From NCBI GenBank assembly GCA_030672365.1, contig DAOVGM010000046.1:1-52457 (forward strand): 52,457 nucleotides of DNA, in the 5' to 3' direction. A program made the position numbers and the translations under genes. Shown here in pieces: positions 25,354 through 35,579 of the stretch; the stretch's first letter is position 1; every line of letters begins with the position of its first letter. The notes beneath the pieces were generated by a model. That model was not told the DNA's origin. It was given only the letters and a program-made list of their open reading frames with translations, and searched no databases. The stretch comes from Methanomassiliicoccales archaeon (lineage in GTDB: Archaea; Thermoplasmatota; Thermoplasmata; SG8-5; JAGLSY01).

Positions 25354-25917
25354 TTATTCGAGGATGAAGACGGCCGTGGATATTACGGTCGTCCATAGAC
25401 CAGTCTTGTCGCAAATCCCTGATTGAGTGTTATTTCTGGTCTTGATTATCCTTCCATCGATTTTAAAAAAATCCTTTTTTTCGTTATAACTGGCATCGAT
25501 GTCAAAATCAATTCCGTAAGTGGAAGCCAGCATTTCGGCCGCGAGGTCTTCGGCATACTCACCGGCAACGGCTTCCTTCTGTCCGAACGAGTGGTGCTCG
25601 CTGAGGTATCCGTAGTGCTCCGGGTTTTTCGGTATAGCAACTCCGATGGATGCCGCCATAAGTCGATTGGGCTCGTTCGAAGAGTTCTGGGCCATAACGC
25701 AATAAACTATCTGGCCCGGTTTCAGATACTCCAGTCCCTTCTGCTTCGGAATGATTTTGCATTTCGGGGGTAAAATCGAGGAAACCAGCACCAAATTAAA
25801 TTTTTCGATGCCAGCACTTCTCAACGCAAGCTCGAAGCTGCTCAATTTTTCCTTATGTTTTCCAATCCCTTTGGTAAGAAACATATTCTTCGGCAGGAAA
25901 GGGCAGTCTTCGGTCAT
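25354..25917 (-). CDS. pdaD: Pyruvoyl-dependent arginine decarboxylase
   Basis: FLTKGIGKHKEKLSSFELALRSAGIEKFNLVLVSSILPP matches the PdaD family, including the self-cleavage Ser region. Confidence 0.85.
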   Translation of the reverse strand: MTEDCPFLPKNMFLTKGIGKHKEKLSSFELALRSAGIEKFNLVLVSSILPPKCKIIPKQKGLEYLKPGQIVYCVMAQNSSNEPNRLMAASIGVAIPKNPEHYGYLSEHHSFGQKEAVAGEYAEDLAAEMLASTYGIDFDIDASYNEKKDFFKIDGRIIKTRNNTQSGICDKTGLWTTVISTAVFILE

Positions 25918-26009
25918 AACCGGCGGATTGGGGATTCAAATAAAAGGTTTTCCCCCCCATCTTTTATACTTAAACTTCCATTATGATACTGAATAAATAT
26001 CTGGAGGGC

Positions 26010-26720
26010 ATGGGAATGGTCGAGAAAATTAAGACTTATATCGAGGGTTTTGACGAGATTTTAGGCGGCGGTATACCTACTGGCCACGTAGTATTGGTAT
26101 GCGGCACCCCGGGCACAATGAAGACATCGCTCACGTTCAGCATGATGTACGAGAACGCCCGTCGGGAGGGTCGTCGAGGCCTCTACATTTCCCTCGAGGA
26201 AGGGTATGAAGGTCTCAAGGGGGCAATGGAAGACCTCGGGATGACTGGCATCGACGAGTTGGAAGTATACATGGTGGACGTCGGAAAGATCCGCATAACC
26301 CACAAGGAAGAGGAGCACGGCCGCAACTGGCTCCAGATTATCGAGAAGTACATCAGGAAGAGGGTTCAGGAGGACGAGTTCGACATTCTGGTAATCGATT
26401 CGCTGGCTGCCCTTTATTCACTGACCGAATTGAAGCATCCCAGGGTCGAGTTGTTCCATTTTGTCCGATTTCTGAAAGAGCTGAAATCTACTGTAGTTCT
26501 CATTTCGGAGATAAGCCATGGCAGTGTCCAGATGGTCGCCAATGACGAGGATTTTCTTGTCGATGGAATTCTGTATCTCAAGCTGCACGAAGTCGGGGAG
26601 GCCGATATACAATTGAGGATATCATGCGTCAAGATGAGGCGGACCCAACACGACAGGGGCTGGCTCAGGCTGATACACAGGGTCGACAAGTTTGTGGCTC
26701 ATCCAGTCATCTCAGAATAA
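26010..26720 (+). CDS. KaiC-like / RecA-superfamily single-domain ATPase, paralog 2, deviant Walker A
   Basis: GGAGG lies 4 nt before ATG 26010. GFDEILGGGIPTGHVVLVCGTPGTMKTS carries the deviant Walker A. ILVIDSLAAL is the Walker B. It is collinear with 9667..10362. Confidence 0.8.
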   Translation: MGMVEKIKTYIEGFDEILGGGIPTGHVVLVCGTPGTMKTSLTFSMMYENARREGRRGLYISLEEGYEGLKGAMEDLGMTGIDELEVYMVDVGKIRITHKEEEHGRNWLQIIEKYIRKRVQEDEFDILVIDSLAALYSLTELKHPRVELFHFVRFLKELKSTVVLISEISHGSVQMVANDEDFLVDGILYLKLHEVGEADIQLRISCVKMRRTQHDRGWLRLIHRVDKFVAHPVISE

Positions 26721-26805
26721 TATGTCCGAAAGGAATATATATTAGATAAGGATAGTATCGAAGTGCTTGGGATGCACCCAGCATATACTTAGATGGTTGT
26801 TGTAA

Positions 26806-27477
26806 ATGAAACAGATGAACATTACCGTCAGGGACGTATGGAAATCTTACGATGACAGACGTCAGGTTTTGCGAGGCATAAATCTGGAGATTGAACCGAA
26901 CGAGGTAATTCTCATCAAGGGACGGTCCGGAAGCGGTAAGAGCACGCTTCTGAACCTTTTGGGATGCATCGATAAGCCGTCACGCGGTGAAATATTCCTC
27001 AACGGATACAACACGAATGAACTCTCCGACAAGGAGCTGGCCAACATCCGGCTGCATAAAATCGGCATAGTTTTTCAAACCCACAATCTGATAAAAGACC
27101 TCACCGTTTTCGAGAACGTACTGCTGCCGATGAAGATCGCGAAATGGCACGACGGCGAATGGAAGGTCAGCGAGTTGTTGAAGACCTTTGACCTCAAAGA
27201 ATACGGTGACAAATATCCCGATGAAATAAGCGGCGGTGAAAGGCAGAGGGTGGCTGTTGCCAGGGCACTAGCCAACAGTCCGACGGTGCTTCTAGCCGAT
27301 GAGCCCACAGCATCACTCGACATTGATAATTGTGCGGTTGTTATGGAAGCATTCAAGAAAGCGAATAAAGAGTTTGGAGCCACGGTCGTTATCGCTTCAC
27401 ATGACCCTGCCATCGAAGACTACGTTGCTAAAAAATATTATCTGAATCGGGGAGTTTTGACGGAGGGAACAAACTGA
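26806..27477 (+). CDS. ABC transporter ATP-binding protein (MacB/LolD/FtsE-like)
   Basis: GRSGSGKSTLLN is the Walker A, ISGGERQRVAVARAL the ABC signature, and LLADEPTASLD the Walker B. Confidence 0.9.
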   Translation: MKQMNITVRDVWKSYDDRRQVLRGINLEIEPNEVILIKGRSGSGKSTLLNLLGCIDKPSRGEIFLNGYNTNELSDKELANIRLHKIGIVFQTHNLIKDLTVFENVLLPMKIAKWHDGEWKVSELLKTFDLKEYGDKYPDEISGGERQRVAVARALANSPTVLLADEPTASLDIDNCAVVMEAFKKANKEFGATVVIASHDPAIEDYVAKKYYLNRGVLTEGTN

Positions 27478-27560
27478 GTTCCAATAATCCCAAAAGTCTG
27501 TTAGAGGGCAAGGAATATCCGACAGATTTAATCATCGTATTATTATGGTCTATTGCAACA

Positions 27561-28418
27561 GTGATTTTCGTTTTTGTACTTCCAGACGGCAATATTGTGA
27601 GAATTATATTCGGCATACCTATGCTTTTGTTCATACCTGGCTATGCCCTCGTATCGGTATTATGGCCCGAGAAACGTACAAATTTAAACGAGGACATCGA
27701 CGAAAACCTAGAACGGTTTGCCCTAAGTTTTGGTTTGAGTATAGCAATAGTCTCAATAATTGGTCTGGCTCTTAATTTTACATCTGCCGGCATAAATTTG
27801 ATGACCACGGTCTTCGCAAATTTCGGCATAATCTTTCTCCTGTCATTATTCGCATTTTACAGAAGGCAGCAATTGCCGGTCGAAAGGAGATATAATATCG
27901 ACCTCACCTTTAAAACGGCCAGGATGCCGGAAGATAAAACGGAAAGAGTTTTTATTGTGGCCATTACCGTGGTTTTAATTTTATCGGGAATTGTATTGGC
28001 TTACGTTCTTGTTACGCCAGGAGTCGAGGACAAATACACGGTGATGTACATTCTGGACCACAACGGTACGGCAGTTGATTATGTCTCCGACATTACAATA
28101 AACGAGACAGCTGAAGTGATAGTCGGTTTCGAATCCCATCAATTTGAAACAACATTGTATTCGTTCTATACTGGAATAATCAGCCTCGACGGTATTGATA
28201 ATTATGTATATTGGAACAGCTGGAATCAAACCGACGATTTGACGAATGTTTCTGGTGGTGGTCAGGCAATCCAGCTGGAACACGGAGAATCTTATGAGAG
28301 AAATTTCGAGTTCAACATAAGAACGTCAGGGACGTATCAAATTATCTGGCAACTCCACACCGAAGGAACGGATAATTATTACGAGGTTCGCATAAGGGTG
28401 AACATAAATGCTGCTTAA
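27561..28418 (+). CDS. DUF1616 family membrane protein (minimal coordinates; true start probably upstream)
   Basis: IFGIPMLLFIPGYALVSVLWPEK and LERFALSFGLSIAIVSIIGLALNF are DUF1616-like. The frame is open from 27432 and encodes a further TM helix (PTDLIIVLLWSIATV) before the first canonical start, GTG 27561. Confidence 0.7.
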   Translation: MIFVFVLPDGNIVRIIFGIPMLLFIPGYALVSVLWPEKRTNLNEDIDENLERFALSFGLSIAIVSIIGLALNFTSAGINLMTTVFANFGIIFLLSLFAFYRRQQLPVERRYNIDLTFKTARMPEDKTERVFIVAITVVLILSGIVLAYVLVTPGVEDKYTVMYILDHNGTAVDYVSDITINETAEVIVGFESHQFETTLYSFYTGIISLDGIDNYVYWNSWNQTDDLTNVSGGGQAIQLEHGESYERNFEFNIRTSGTYQIIWQLHTEGTDNYYEVRIRVNINAA

Positions 28419-29709
28419 CGATGCCTTTGCCGTTCGTAAAACACACAAGTTTTTGATGAAGAGCCAATACTGGCCTCGGGAGGAACTTGAAAAATATCAA
28501 AATACGAAACTCAGAGTACTCGTACAAAATTCCTACGACAATGTACCATATTATCACGACATTTTTAAAAAACTAAACCTGAAACCAGATAATATTAAAA
28601 CAAAGGCGGATTTGCATAAACTTCCCATTCTCACAAAAGATGACTTACGCCAGCATCTGGACAAAATGCTGGCTTCCAACCTGAAAAACAAGGCGATGCC
28701 GTCCCAAACCGGGGGTTCGACAGGCGAACCTTTGAAATTCTACGTTCAGAGGGAGATGTGGACATGGGCTAACGGAGCCAGGTACAGAGGATGGAACTGG
28801 GCGGGTTACGAGTTCAGAGACAGGATGGTGGACTTATGGGGCGCCAGTTTCGAAATTGAACAACTCGAAAAAATGAGCACAAGTTTTCGTCACAAGCTCC
28901 TTCGCAGATTGACACTCAATACCTTCAGAATGTCCGATGAAGATATGGGCCAGTATGCCCGACAAATCATTGATTTCAAGCCGAAAATAATTCGTTCATT
29001 TTCGGGAGCGATGTACGTTTTCGCGAAATTCGTCAGTGAGCACGACATTAAAGGCATCGAACCCGAGTCCATTATCACCACGGCGGAGAACCTCTTCGAC
29101 TTCCAGCGCAAGAAAATCGAAGATACGTTCGGTTGCAGTGTTTATGATGGTTACGGCAGCCGAGAGACCTCGCTGATAGCCCACGAATGCGAGCATCACA
29201 GGGGGTATCACATTTCCGATGAGAACTCCATCGTCGAGTTTCTGAAAAACGATAAGCCAGTAACTTTTGGGGAAAGCGGTGAGATTATCATCACCGACCT
29301 GCACAATCTGGTGATGCCGTGGCTCAGGTATTCCATCGGTGACATGGGAACTCCCAAAGACGAAAAATGCAGCTGTGGTCGAGCCCTTTCGATGATGACC
29401 TCGATTGACGGTCGCGTTCACGATTTCATAGTCACACCGTCGGGTCAACGGTTGCCCGGTGAATTCTTCCCGCACCTTTTCAAAGACGTCAACGGCATCA
29501 GGGAATATCGCATCGTGCAGAAAAAAATCGAGGAGCTGGAAGTTGAAATTGTCAGAACCTCTGATTTCACCGATTCAGATTTCCAATACCTGCTGACGCA
29601 TTTCCATGAGTACCTGGGCGATGACATTGATATCGAGGTCAAATTTCCGAATTCAATCGACTGGCCTGAATCTGGAAAGCGCAGGTTCACGATATCGGAG
29701 GTGGCCTGA
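28408..29709 (+). CDS. Adenylate-forming ligase, PaaK / CapK / F390-synthetase family
   Basis: QTGGSTGEPLKFY is the AMP-binding motif. The length and the C-terminal RFTISE-type tail are typical of capsule CapK-like proteins. Confidence 0.8.
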   Translation: MLLNDAFAVRKTHKFLMKSQYWPREELEKYQNTKLRVLVQNSYDNVPYYHDIFKKLNLKPDNIKTKADLHKLPILTKDDLRQHLDKMLASNLKNKAMPSQTGGSTGEPLKFYVQREMWTWANGARYRGWNWAGYEFRDRMVDLWGASFEIEQLEKMSTSFRHKLLRRLTLNTFRMSDEDMGQYARQIIDFKPKIIRSFSGAMYVFAKFVSEHDIKGIEPESIITTAENLFDFQRKKIEDTFGCSVYDGYGSRETSLIAHECEHHRGYHISDENSIVEFLKNDKPVTFGESGEIIITDLHNLVMPWLRYSIGDMGTPKDEKCSCGRALSMMTSIDGRVHDFIVTPSGQRLPGEFFPHLFKDVNGIREYRIVQKKIEELEVEIVRTSDFTDSDFQYLLTHFHEYLGDDIDIEVKFPNSIDWPESGKRRFTISEVA

Positions 29710-30893
29710 TGCGGATAATGATAGTCGGCAACGTGTATTCGATTCACGTCAGAAAATGGGCAGAATATTTCACAGCCAGACACGAAGTTTATCTGGCCTA
29801 TCTCCCTAAGAATTCAATCGATGAAGTGAAAAAGTTATTCGAGAACGACAAGATCAATCTCGTGCCCCTAGGAAGCCCGACGATAACCAACGTCAAACGA
29901 ATACCCAGAAAGGTGTCGATGAGTGCCTTCGGCGGCAAGCATTATATGACACTGGGTCTCAAAGAATTAAAGGTCGCAATCGCGGAAATAAAGCCAGATT
30001 TGATTCACGCCCATTATCTGCCGGATTATGGCTGGCTGGCCTCTCAAACAGGTTTCAGACCGCTGTTTCTCTCGGCCTGGGGATTCACACTGGCCTACAA
30101 GGGCGGAGGTGAGGATAAGAAATACACCAAGCAAATGTTTGCCTCGGCAGATACGGTCTTTGCAGGAGATGAATCGGCAAAAGCCCGGCTTGTCGAATAC
30201 GGTTGCGATCCCGAGAAGATATTCATTCAGCCCTGGGGAGTTGATACAGCTAGATTCTCGCCCGATGTTAAAGTGCCCGAACTAAAAATACACCTTTTCG
30301 GCAACCAAAACTATCGTGTCGTGACACTAGTCAGGCATCTGGTCGACATCTGTGACATTTCCACTCTGGTCGAAGCAATTCCTTTAATATCAAGGGATAT
30401 CACGGATGCCAGATTCCTGATTGTCGGGGACGGTCCCGAAAAGGCGAACCTTGAAAAATTGTCGAAACGCCTAGACGTGGCAGATAAAATCGTTTTTACC
30501 GGAAATGTGCCCAATGATGAACTCCATAAATACCTGGCAGCCTCCGACCTGTATGTTGATACACCGCATCCTACAAAAGCGGGAGGAGGCATCGGGGTCG
30601 CTCTGATGGAGGCCATGAGTTCGGGGCTTCCGTGCCTTGTGGCCGAAAGACCGGGCGCCGAATATGGGGTTCGTACGGGACTCAACGGCGAAATCTTCGT
30701 GGGCGGCGATTCCGACGACCTGGCCAGGAAAGCGATCGAAATTTTGAAAGACAATCGGAAAATGGAGCTGTACGGAAAAAACAGCAGGGAATTGGCCCTT
30801 GAAATCGGCGACTTCGCGAAAAATATGAGGGATATTCTTCGTTTGTACGAGAAATATCTGAACACAACGGAAAAGTTATTTACAGAACAGTGA
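29709..30893 (+). CDS. Glycosyltransferase, GT-B fold (GT4-like)
   Basis: The N-terminus is MRIMIVGNVYS. The C-terminal region GGGIGVALMEAMSSGLPCLVAE is present. The ATG overlaps the upstream stop by 1 nt (TGATG). Confidence 0.8.
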   Translation: MRIMIVGNVYSIHVRKWAEYFTARHEVYLAYLPKNSIDEVKKLFENDKINLVPLGSPTITNVKRIPRKVSMSAFGGKHYMTLGLKELKVAIAEIKPDLIHAHYLPDYGWLASQTGFRPLFLSAWGFTLAYKGGGEDKKYTKQMFASADTVFAGDESAKARLVEYGCDPEKIFIQPWGVDTARFSPDVKVPELKIHLFGNQNYRVVTLVRHLVDICDISTLVEAIPLISRDITDARFLIVGDGPEKANLEKLSKRLDVADKIVFTGNVPNDELHKYLAASDLYVDTPHPTKAGGGIGVALMEAMSSGLPCLVAERPGAEYGVRTGLNGEIFVGGDSDDLARKAIEILKDNRKMELYGKNSRELALEIGDFAKNMRDILRLYEKYLNTTEKLFTEQ

Positions 30894-30906
30894 AATAGGG
30901 GGGTTA

Positions 30907-32034
30907 ATGAGCATCAAGATTCCGCTTCTCAGACCGTATTTTGATTCCGAAGAGATGGAGGAGATAAAAAAGGTTCTGGATTCAGGCTGGGTTTCTCAGG
31001 GTCCAGAGGTTAAGAAATTCGAGCGAATGACCTCTGAGTATCTTAACGCAAAGAACACCATCGCAGTTTCCAATTGCACATCTGCACTTCACCTTTCTCT
31101 TCTGGCTCTTGGAATCGAAAAGGGTGATGAGGTGCTAGTCGCCGATTTTACTTACCCCGCAACCGGCCATTCGGTCCTCTATTGTCAGGCGAACCCGGTC
31201 TTTGTTGACATCAAACCAGACACATACAACATGGACCCAGAGGATTTAAATTCAAAGATCACGGACAAATCTAAAACCGTGATTCCGGTACACACTTTCG
31301 GCCAGCCGGCGGACATGGATGAAATCATGAAGATAGCGTCTGAAAACAACTTAAAAGTAATTGAGGACGCGGCATGTTCTTTCGGAGCAAAATATAAAGA
31401 TAAGTTCTCTGGCACAATCGGTGATACCGGTTGCTATTCCTTTCATGCCAGGAAAGGTTTGACAACGGGCGAGGGAGGTATGATCGTTACCGAAGACGAT
31501 AGACTGGCCGCCCGAATGAGAAAGTTATCTGTTTTCGGCATCTCCGGGACCTGGGACCGTGAAAGCAGTGATAGTTTTCACGTCCCGGAATTCACCGAGG
31601 TCGGTTACAATTACAAGATGAGTGACATACTGGCTGCCGTCGGCGTTGTGCAACTTAAAAGACAGGACTTGATAATCAAACGGAAGAGAGAACTGGCAAA
31701 ACATTGGGATGATCTGTTGAATGAAATGGATGATATTCAACCGCCGGCGATATCGAAATATTCCATACACGTTTATCAAAGCTACGTGCCGATACTGGAC
31801 AGAGGATTAAACAGGAATCGGGTTATTCAGAAACTCCGGAAGAAGGGCATTCAAGCGAATATCGGGACATATGCATCCCATGTCCAACCTGTTTACGCTT
31901 CACCTAAGAATTGTCCCACTTCTGTGGACATATTCGAGAGAACGATTGCCTTGCCCATGTATTATGGCCTGGAAGAGGAAGAAATCAACGAAATGTCCGC
32001 CTTCTTACGCTCGACTATCGCGGAGGTGAGATGA
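30907..32034 (+). CDS. DegT/DnrJ/EryC1/StrS family PLP-dependent sugar aminotransferase
   Basis: IPLLRPYFDSEEMEEIKKVLDSGWVSQGPEVKKFE is the family N-terminus. YSFHARKGLTTGEGGMIV is the PLP-Lys region. Confidence 0.9.
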   Translation: MSIKIPLLRPYFDSEEMEEIKKVLDSGWVSQGPEVKKFERMTSEYLNAKNTIAVSNCTSALHLSLLALGIEKGDEVLVADFTYPATGHSVLYCQANPVFVDIKPDTYNMDPEDLNSKITDKSKTVIPVHTFGQPADMDEIMKIASENNLKVIEDAACSFGAKYKDKFSGTIGDTGCYSFHARKGLTTGEGGMIVTEDDRLAARMRKLSVFGISGTWDRESSDSFHVPEFTEVGYNYKMSDILAAVGVVQLKRQDLIIKRKRELAKHWDDLLNEMDDIQPPAISKYSIHVYQSYVPILDRGLNRNRVIQKLRKKGIQANIGTYASHVQPVYASPKNCPTSVDIFERTIALPMYYGLEEEEINEMSAFLRSTIAEVR

Positions 32035-32777
32035 TCCCAGAACCAGATTTCACTTACGGTTATTATCAGAAGCTACTTTCCAAGGCCATGACCATCGCAC
32101 CCATCACACCGTTCAGAGGGCAGCCAGAAGGACCGTGTATCATCCTGAGACATGATGTTGATTTCGACATATTCCCAGCATACGCGATGGCCCAAATTGA
32201 AAGAACCTCGGAGGTAAATTCCACTTATTTCATAATGACCACGTGCCATTTGTACAATCCATCATCGTCTGGAAACAGGGAAATGCTCAGGTCGATGTCA
32301 GACGACGGTCAAGAAATCGGCCTTCATTTCGACCCCACAGTTTATGCCGCAGAGGACGAGAATTTACTGATCGAACACGTACGCGATGAATGCCGAATTC
32401 TCGAACGCATTGTTGGCCAGGATATAAATTCAATAAGTCTTCACAACCCTTCCGTAACAGGTAAGTATCCGCTCTTTGAAGGTTATAACAACGCATATTC
32501 CCCGGAATTGTTTACAGACGAATTCTATATCAGCGATTCGTGCATGGACTTCAGACAAAAAGACCCCATGAAATTCGTCGAGAAAGCAAAGACCAAGTCA
32601 ATTCAAATGGTATTCCATCCCTTGCATTGGTTCGATACCAAATCAAATTATTTGGATTTGATATACAGGTCAATGAGAAGGCACATTGAATTTACGGACA
32701 AGGTCTTCCATATCAACTCAACATATATAGCTCACTTGGGCGGCCGAAAACTCTTGGATGAGATAAAAAGAAGGTGA
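32031..32777 (+). CDS. Polysaccharide deacetylase-like protein (WbmS-like)
   Basis: I prefer ATG 32031, which makes an ATGA overlap with the DegT stop. The ILRHDVDFDI and IGLHFD motifs are present. Confidence 0.55.
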   Translation: MIPEPDFTYGYYQKLLSKAMTIAPITPFRGQPEGPCIILRHDVDFDIFPAYAMAQIERTSEVNSTYFIMTTCHLYNPSSSGNREMLRSMSDDGQEIGLHFDPTVYAAEDENLLIEHVRDECRILERIVGQDINSISLHNPSVTGKYPLFEGYNNAYSPELFTDEFYISDSCMDFRQKDPMKFVEKAKTKSIQMVFHPLHWFDTKSNYLDLIYRSMRRHIEFTDKVFHINSTYIAHLGGRKLLDEIKRR

Positions 32778-32781
32778 ATAA

Positions 32782-33741
32782 ATGGAGAAGAAATTTACAG
32801 TGACTGAACTCTGTGCTTCATTAGATGAGTCGTATGAGGTGACCGGCCCGAAAGATACCCTAGTCACAAATCTAATGCCAATTGACAAATCTACGGAATC
32901 CTCCATAACATTCTGTAGCAATACAGATAAAGATGATGCAAAGAAGATGATATCATCTTCAAAGGCCTACGTTGTGATATGTTCTTATTCCTGCGGATTC
33001 GGAAATTCCGATTTTCAGAATAAGACCATAATCTCTGTTGAAAATCCGAGAAAAACCTTCATTAAACTGATGAAAAACCTCTTTATTGAAGAAGTCCAGT
33101 ATGAAATTTCTTCGAATGCAATAATCGAGAAAGGGGCAGAGATCCACCCAGAAGTTTTCATCGGCCCGAATACATACATCGGCGGCCAAGTAAAGATCGG
33201 CCCCCGAACCATCATTCATGCCAACGTTAGCATCTATGACGGCACGAAGATAGGAACTAATGTCGTAATTCATTCTGGCACTGTAATCGGGGCATCTGGT
33301 TTCGGATATGAAAGGGAGGACAATGGCGAATTTCTGGCATTCCCTCATATGGGTGGTGTTCTGATAGAGGATGATGTTGAAATCGGGGCTAACACATGCA
33401 TAGATAGGGGTACGCTGGGCGATACAACAATCGGCAAAGGCACTAAGATAGACAACCTGTGCCACATTGCCCACAACGTGGAAATCGGCAAGCACTCCGC
33501 AATAATCGCACTCACCCTTATTGGCGGTAGCACAAAGATAGGAGATTATTCTTGGGTAGCCCCCTGTGCTTGTGTCAGGGACGGCTTGAGAATAGGCAAA
33601 AACACAATATTAGGCATGGGGACCGTGGTTACCAAGGATGTGGAGGACAACGCTATCGTCTTGGGCATACCCGGGAAAAAGGTAAAGGATAATCCAATTC
33701 CTACTTACTTATCAAATAAAAAATCGGAGGAAATCGAATGA
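32782..33741 (+). CDS. LpxD-like hexapeptide-repeat sugar N-acyltransferase
   Basis: A non-repeat N-domain is followed by left-handed beta-helix repeats: [50 protein letters not shown] ... [16 protein letters not shown]. Confidence 0.8.
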   Translation: MEKKFTVTELCASLDESYEVTGPKDTLVTNLMPIDKSTESSITFCSNTDKDDAKKMISSSKAYVVICSYSCGFGNSDFQNKTIISVENPRKTFIKLMKNLFIEEVQYEISSNAIIEKGAEIHPEVFIGPNTYIGGQVKIGPRTIIHANVSIYDGTKIGTNVVIHSGTVIGASGFGYEREDNGEFLAFPHMGGVLIEDDVEIGANTCIDRGTLGDTTIGKGTKIDNLCHIAHNVEIGKHSAIIALTLIGGSTKIGDYSWVAPCACVRDGLRIGKNTILGMGTVVTKDVEDNAIVLGIPGKKVKDNPIPTYLSNKKSEEIE

Positions 33742-34703
33742 GTTTAAAAGACAAAAGAATCGTGGTAACAGGCGGGGCTGGATTCATAGGCAGTCATCTG
33801 GTGGACCGCTTGATTAAAGAGGAGCCGGAGAAGATAATCGTTGTGGACAATTTTTTCCTGGGAAAACACAGAAACATCGAGGAAGCATTCAGAAAGTTCA
33901 GTGCTCTCAAACTCTACTATCAGGACGCGTCCCATTACGAGAAGATGAAAAACATCTTCAAGATAGAAAGACCAGATGTTGTCTTTAATCTGGCTGTCGT
34001 TCCGCTTTTAACATCTCATGAGCTTCCGAAAATTACCTGCGAAGATAATATTTCGATCACGCTTTCCGTCCTTGAACTGCTCAAAGATGAATTGTACGAC
34101 ACACTCATTCATTGTTCTTCCTCTGAGGCTTATGGCACCGCCACGGAGTCCATAATGGATGAAAACCACCCATTACATCCGACGACACCTTATGCTGCCA
34201 GCAAAGCGGCTTCAGATCTTCTTGTCGAATCATATTCGAATACATTCGATTTGGACACGGCAATCGTTCGGCCGTTCAACAACTACGGTCCCCGACAGAA
34301 CGAAGGAAGCTATGCCGGCGTGATTCCTATCACGATACAAAGAATAATGAACGGCCAGAAACCGGTTATTCACGGTGACGGTCTTCAGACCCGCGACTAC
34401 ATCTACGTTAAAGATGTGGTGGAGGCATTCGTGGACATTTACAATCACGAATCCACGCGTGGTAAGGTGATGAACATAGCTACGGGCAAGGAAATCACCA
34501 TCCTGGATATGGTCACGGCCATAGCTCGGGAACTGGAATATGGGGGTGAGTTCATCTTTGAGGATGAGCGGCCGGCCGACGTGCGAAGGCACAGGGGCGA
34601 CATAACATTGGCCCAGAAGTCATTCGGCTTCGAAGCGAAAACGAGCTTCGACGAAGGAATCAAAATGACGGTTGAATGGTATCTGGAAACCACCCATAAT
34701 TGA
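33738..34703 (+). CDS. NAD-dependent sugar epimerase/dehydratase (extended SDR)
   Basis: [16 protein letters not shown] is the Rossmann motif and YAASKAASD the YxxxK motif. The start makes an ATGA overlap with the upstream gene. Confidence 0.85.
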   Translation: MSLKDKRIVVTGGAGFIGSHLVDRLIKEEPEKIIVVDNFFLGKHRNIEEAFRKFSALKLYYQDASHYEKMKNIFKIERPDVVFNLAVVPLLTSHELPKITCEDNISITLSVLELLKDELYDTLIHCSSSEAYGTATESIMDENHPLHPTTPYAASKAASDLLVESYSNTFDLDTAIVRPFNNYGPRQNEGSYAGVIPITIQRIMNGQKPVIHGDGLQTRDYIYVKDVVEAFVDIYNHESTRGKVMNIATGKEITILDMVTAIARELEYGGEFIFEDERPADVRRHRGDITLAQKSFGFEAKTSFDEGIKMTVEWYLETTHN

Positions 34704-34712
34704 GGTATACTA

Positions 34713-35564
34713 ATGGATGATGATAGGAAAAAGGCAGTGACTGAAGCGAACATCCGCTTTCATTCCCATTACGCCGACACTTACGACGAGGTTCAGCCAC
34801 ATTTCAAGCCCGAAAACGTCGAGCAAGTGGTTGCCAAGTTGAAAACACTGGCCCGAAAAACAGGCGGGAACAGGCTGTTGGACATCGGATGCGGGACTGG
34901 GTTCATATCGCATCTGGCTGTGCCGTTTTTCACCGAGATTTGCGGTGTTGATATAACCGAGGCAATGCTGGACAATGCCAGAGCGAAGTTTGAAAAAGAT
35001 AAAATCAAGAATGTCAAGTTGTTTTTGGCCTCGAGCGAGAAACTTCCCTTCCCAGACGGCCATTTCGATGTCGTCACGGCATACGGATTCTTGCACCATC
35101 TGCCAACCCTGGAGCCGACCTTAAAAGAAGTAAGCCGCGTTCTGAAAGAAGGTGGAATTCTTTACACCGATCAGGACCCGAATTTCTACTTCAGGGAATC
35201 GATGAAATCGCTGCCACAGAATGGTGAGGGATTATCGGAATTGTTGGAAATCGAGCGGAAGTCGGTTTGCGAGATGGTGAGCGAGGTGAAAAAGGCAGCC
35301 GGAGAGACACTAGACGCCGAGACAATCCAGATGGCGGAATACCAGATGACTGAGGGGGGCTTGAAGGAAGAGGAGCTTGTTTCTTTATTGAAAAACCTCG
35401 AATTCCGGGACATCGATTTCGGATATACCTGGTTCTGGCAACAGGGAAGGGTCGTTCATGACATCTCGCCGGAAACAGCCATATATGTCGAAAACCATCT
35501 TCGGGCCGCGCTTCCGCTGACCAAATCCTTTTTCAAATATGTCAGGCTGGAGGCTGTAAAATGA
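34713..35564 (+). CDS. Class I SAM-dependent methyltransferase
   Basis: LLDIGCGTGF is motif I. Also present are FDVVTAYGFLHH and GGILYT. Confidence 0.8.
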   Translation: MDDDRKKAVTEANIRFHSHYADTYDEVQPHFKPENVEQVVAKLKTLARKTGGNRLLDIGCGTGFISHLAVPFFTEICGVDITEAMLDNARAKFEKDKIKNVKLFLASSEKLPFPDGHFDVVTAYGFLHHLPTLEPTLKEVSRVLKEGGILYTDQDPNFYFRESMKSLPQNGEGLSELLEIERKSVCEMVSEVKKAAGETLDAETIQMAEYQMTEGGLKEEELVSLLKNLEFRDIDFGYTWFWQQGRVVHDISPETAIYVENHLRAALPLTKSFFKYVRLEAVK

Positions 35565-35579
35565 TATTGATCTGCGTGA

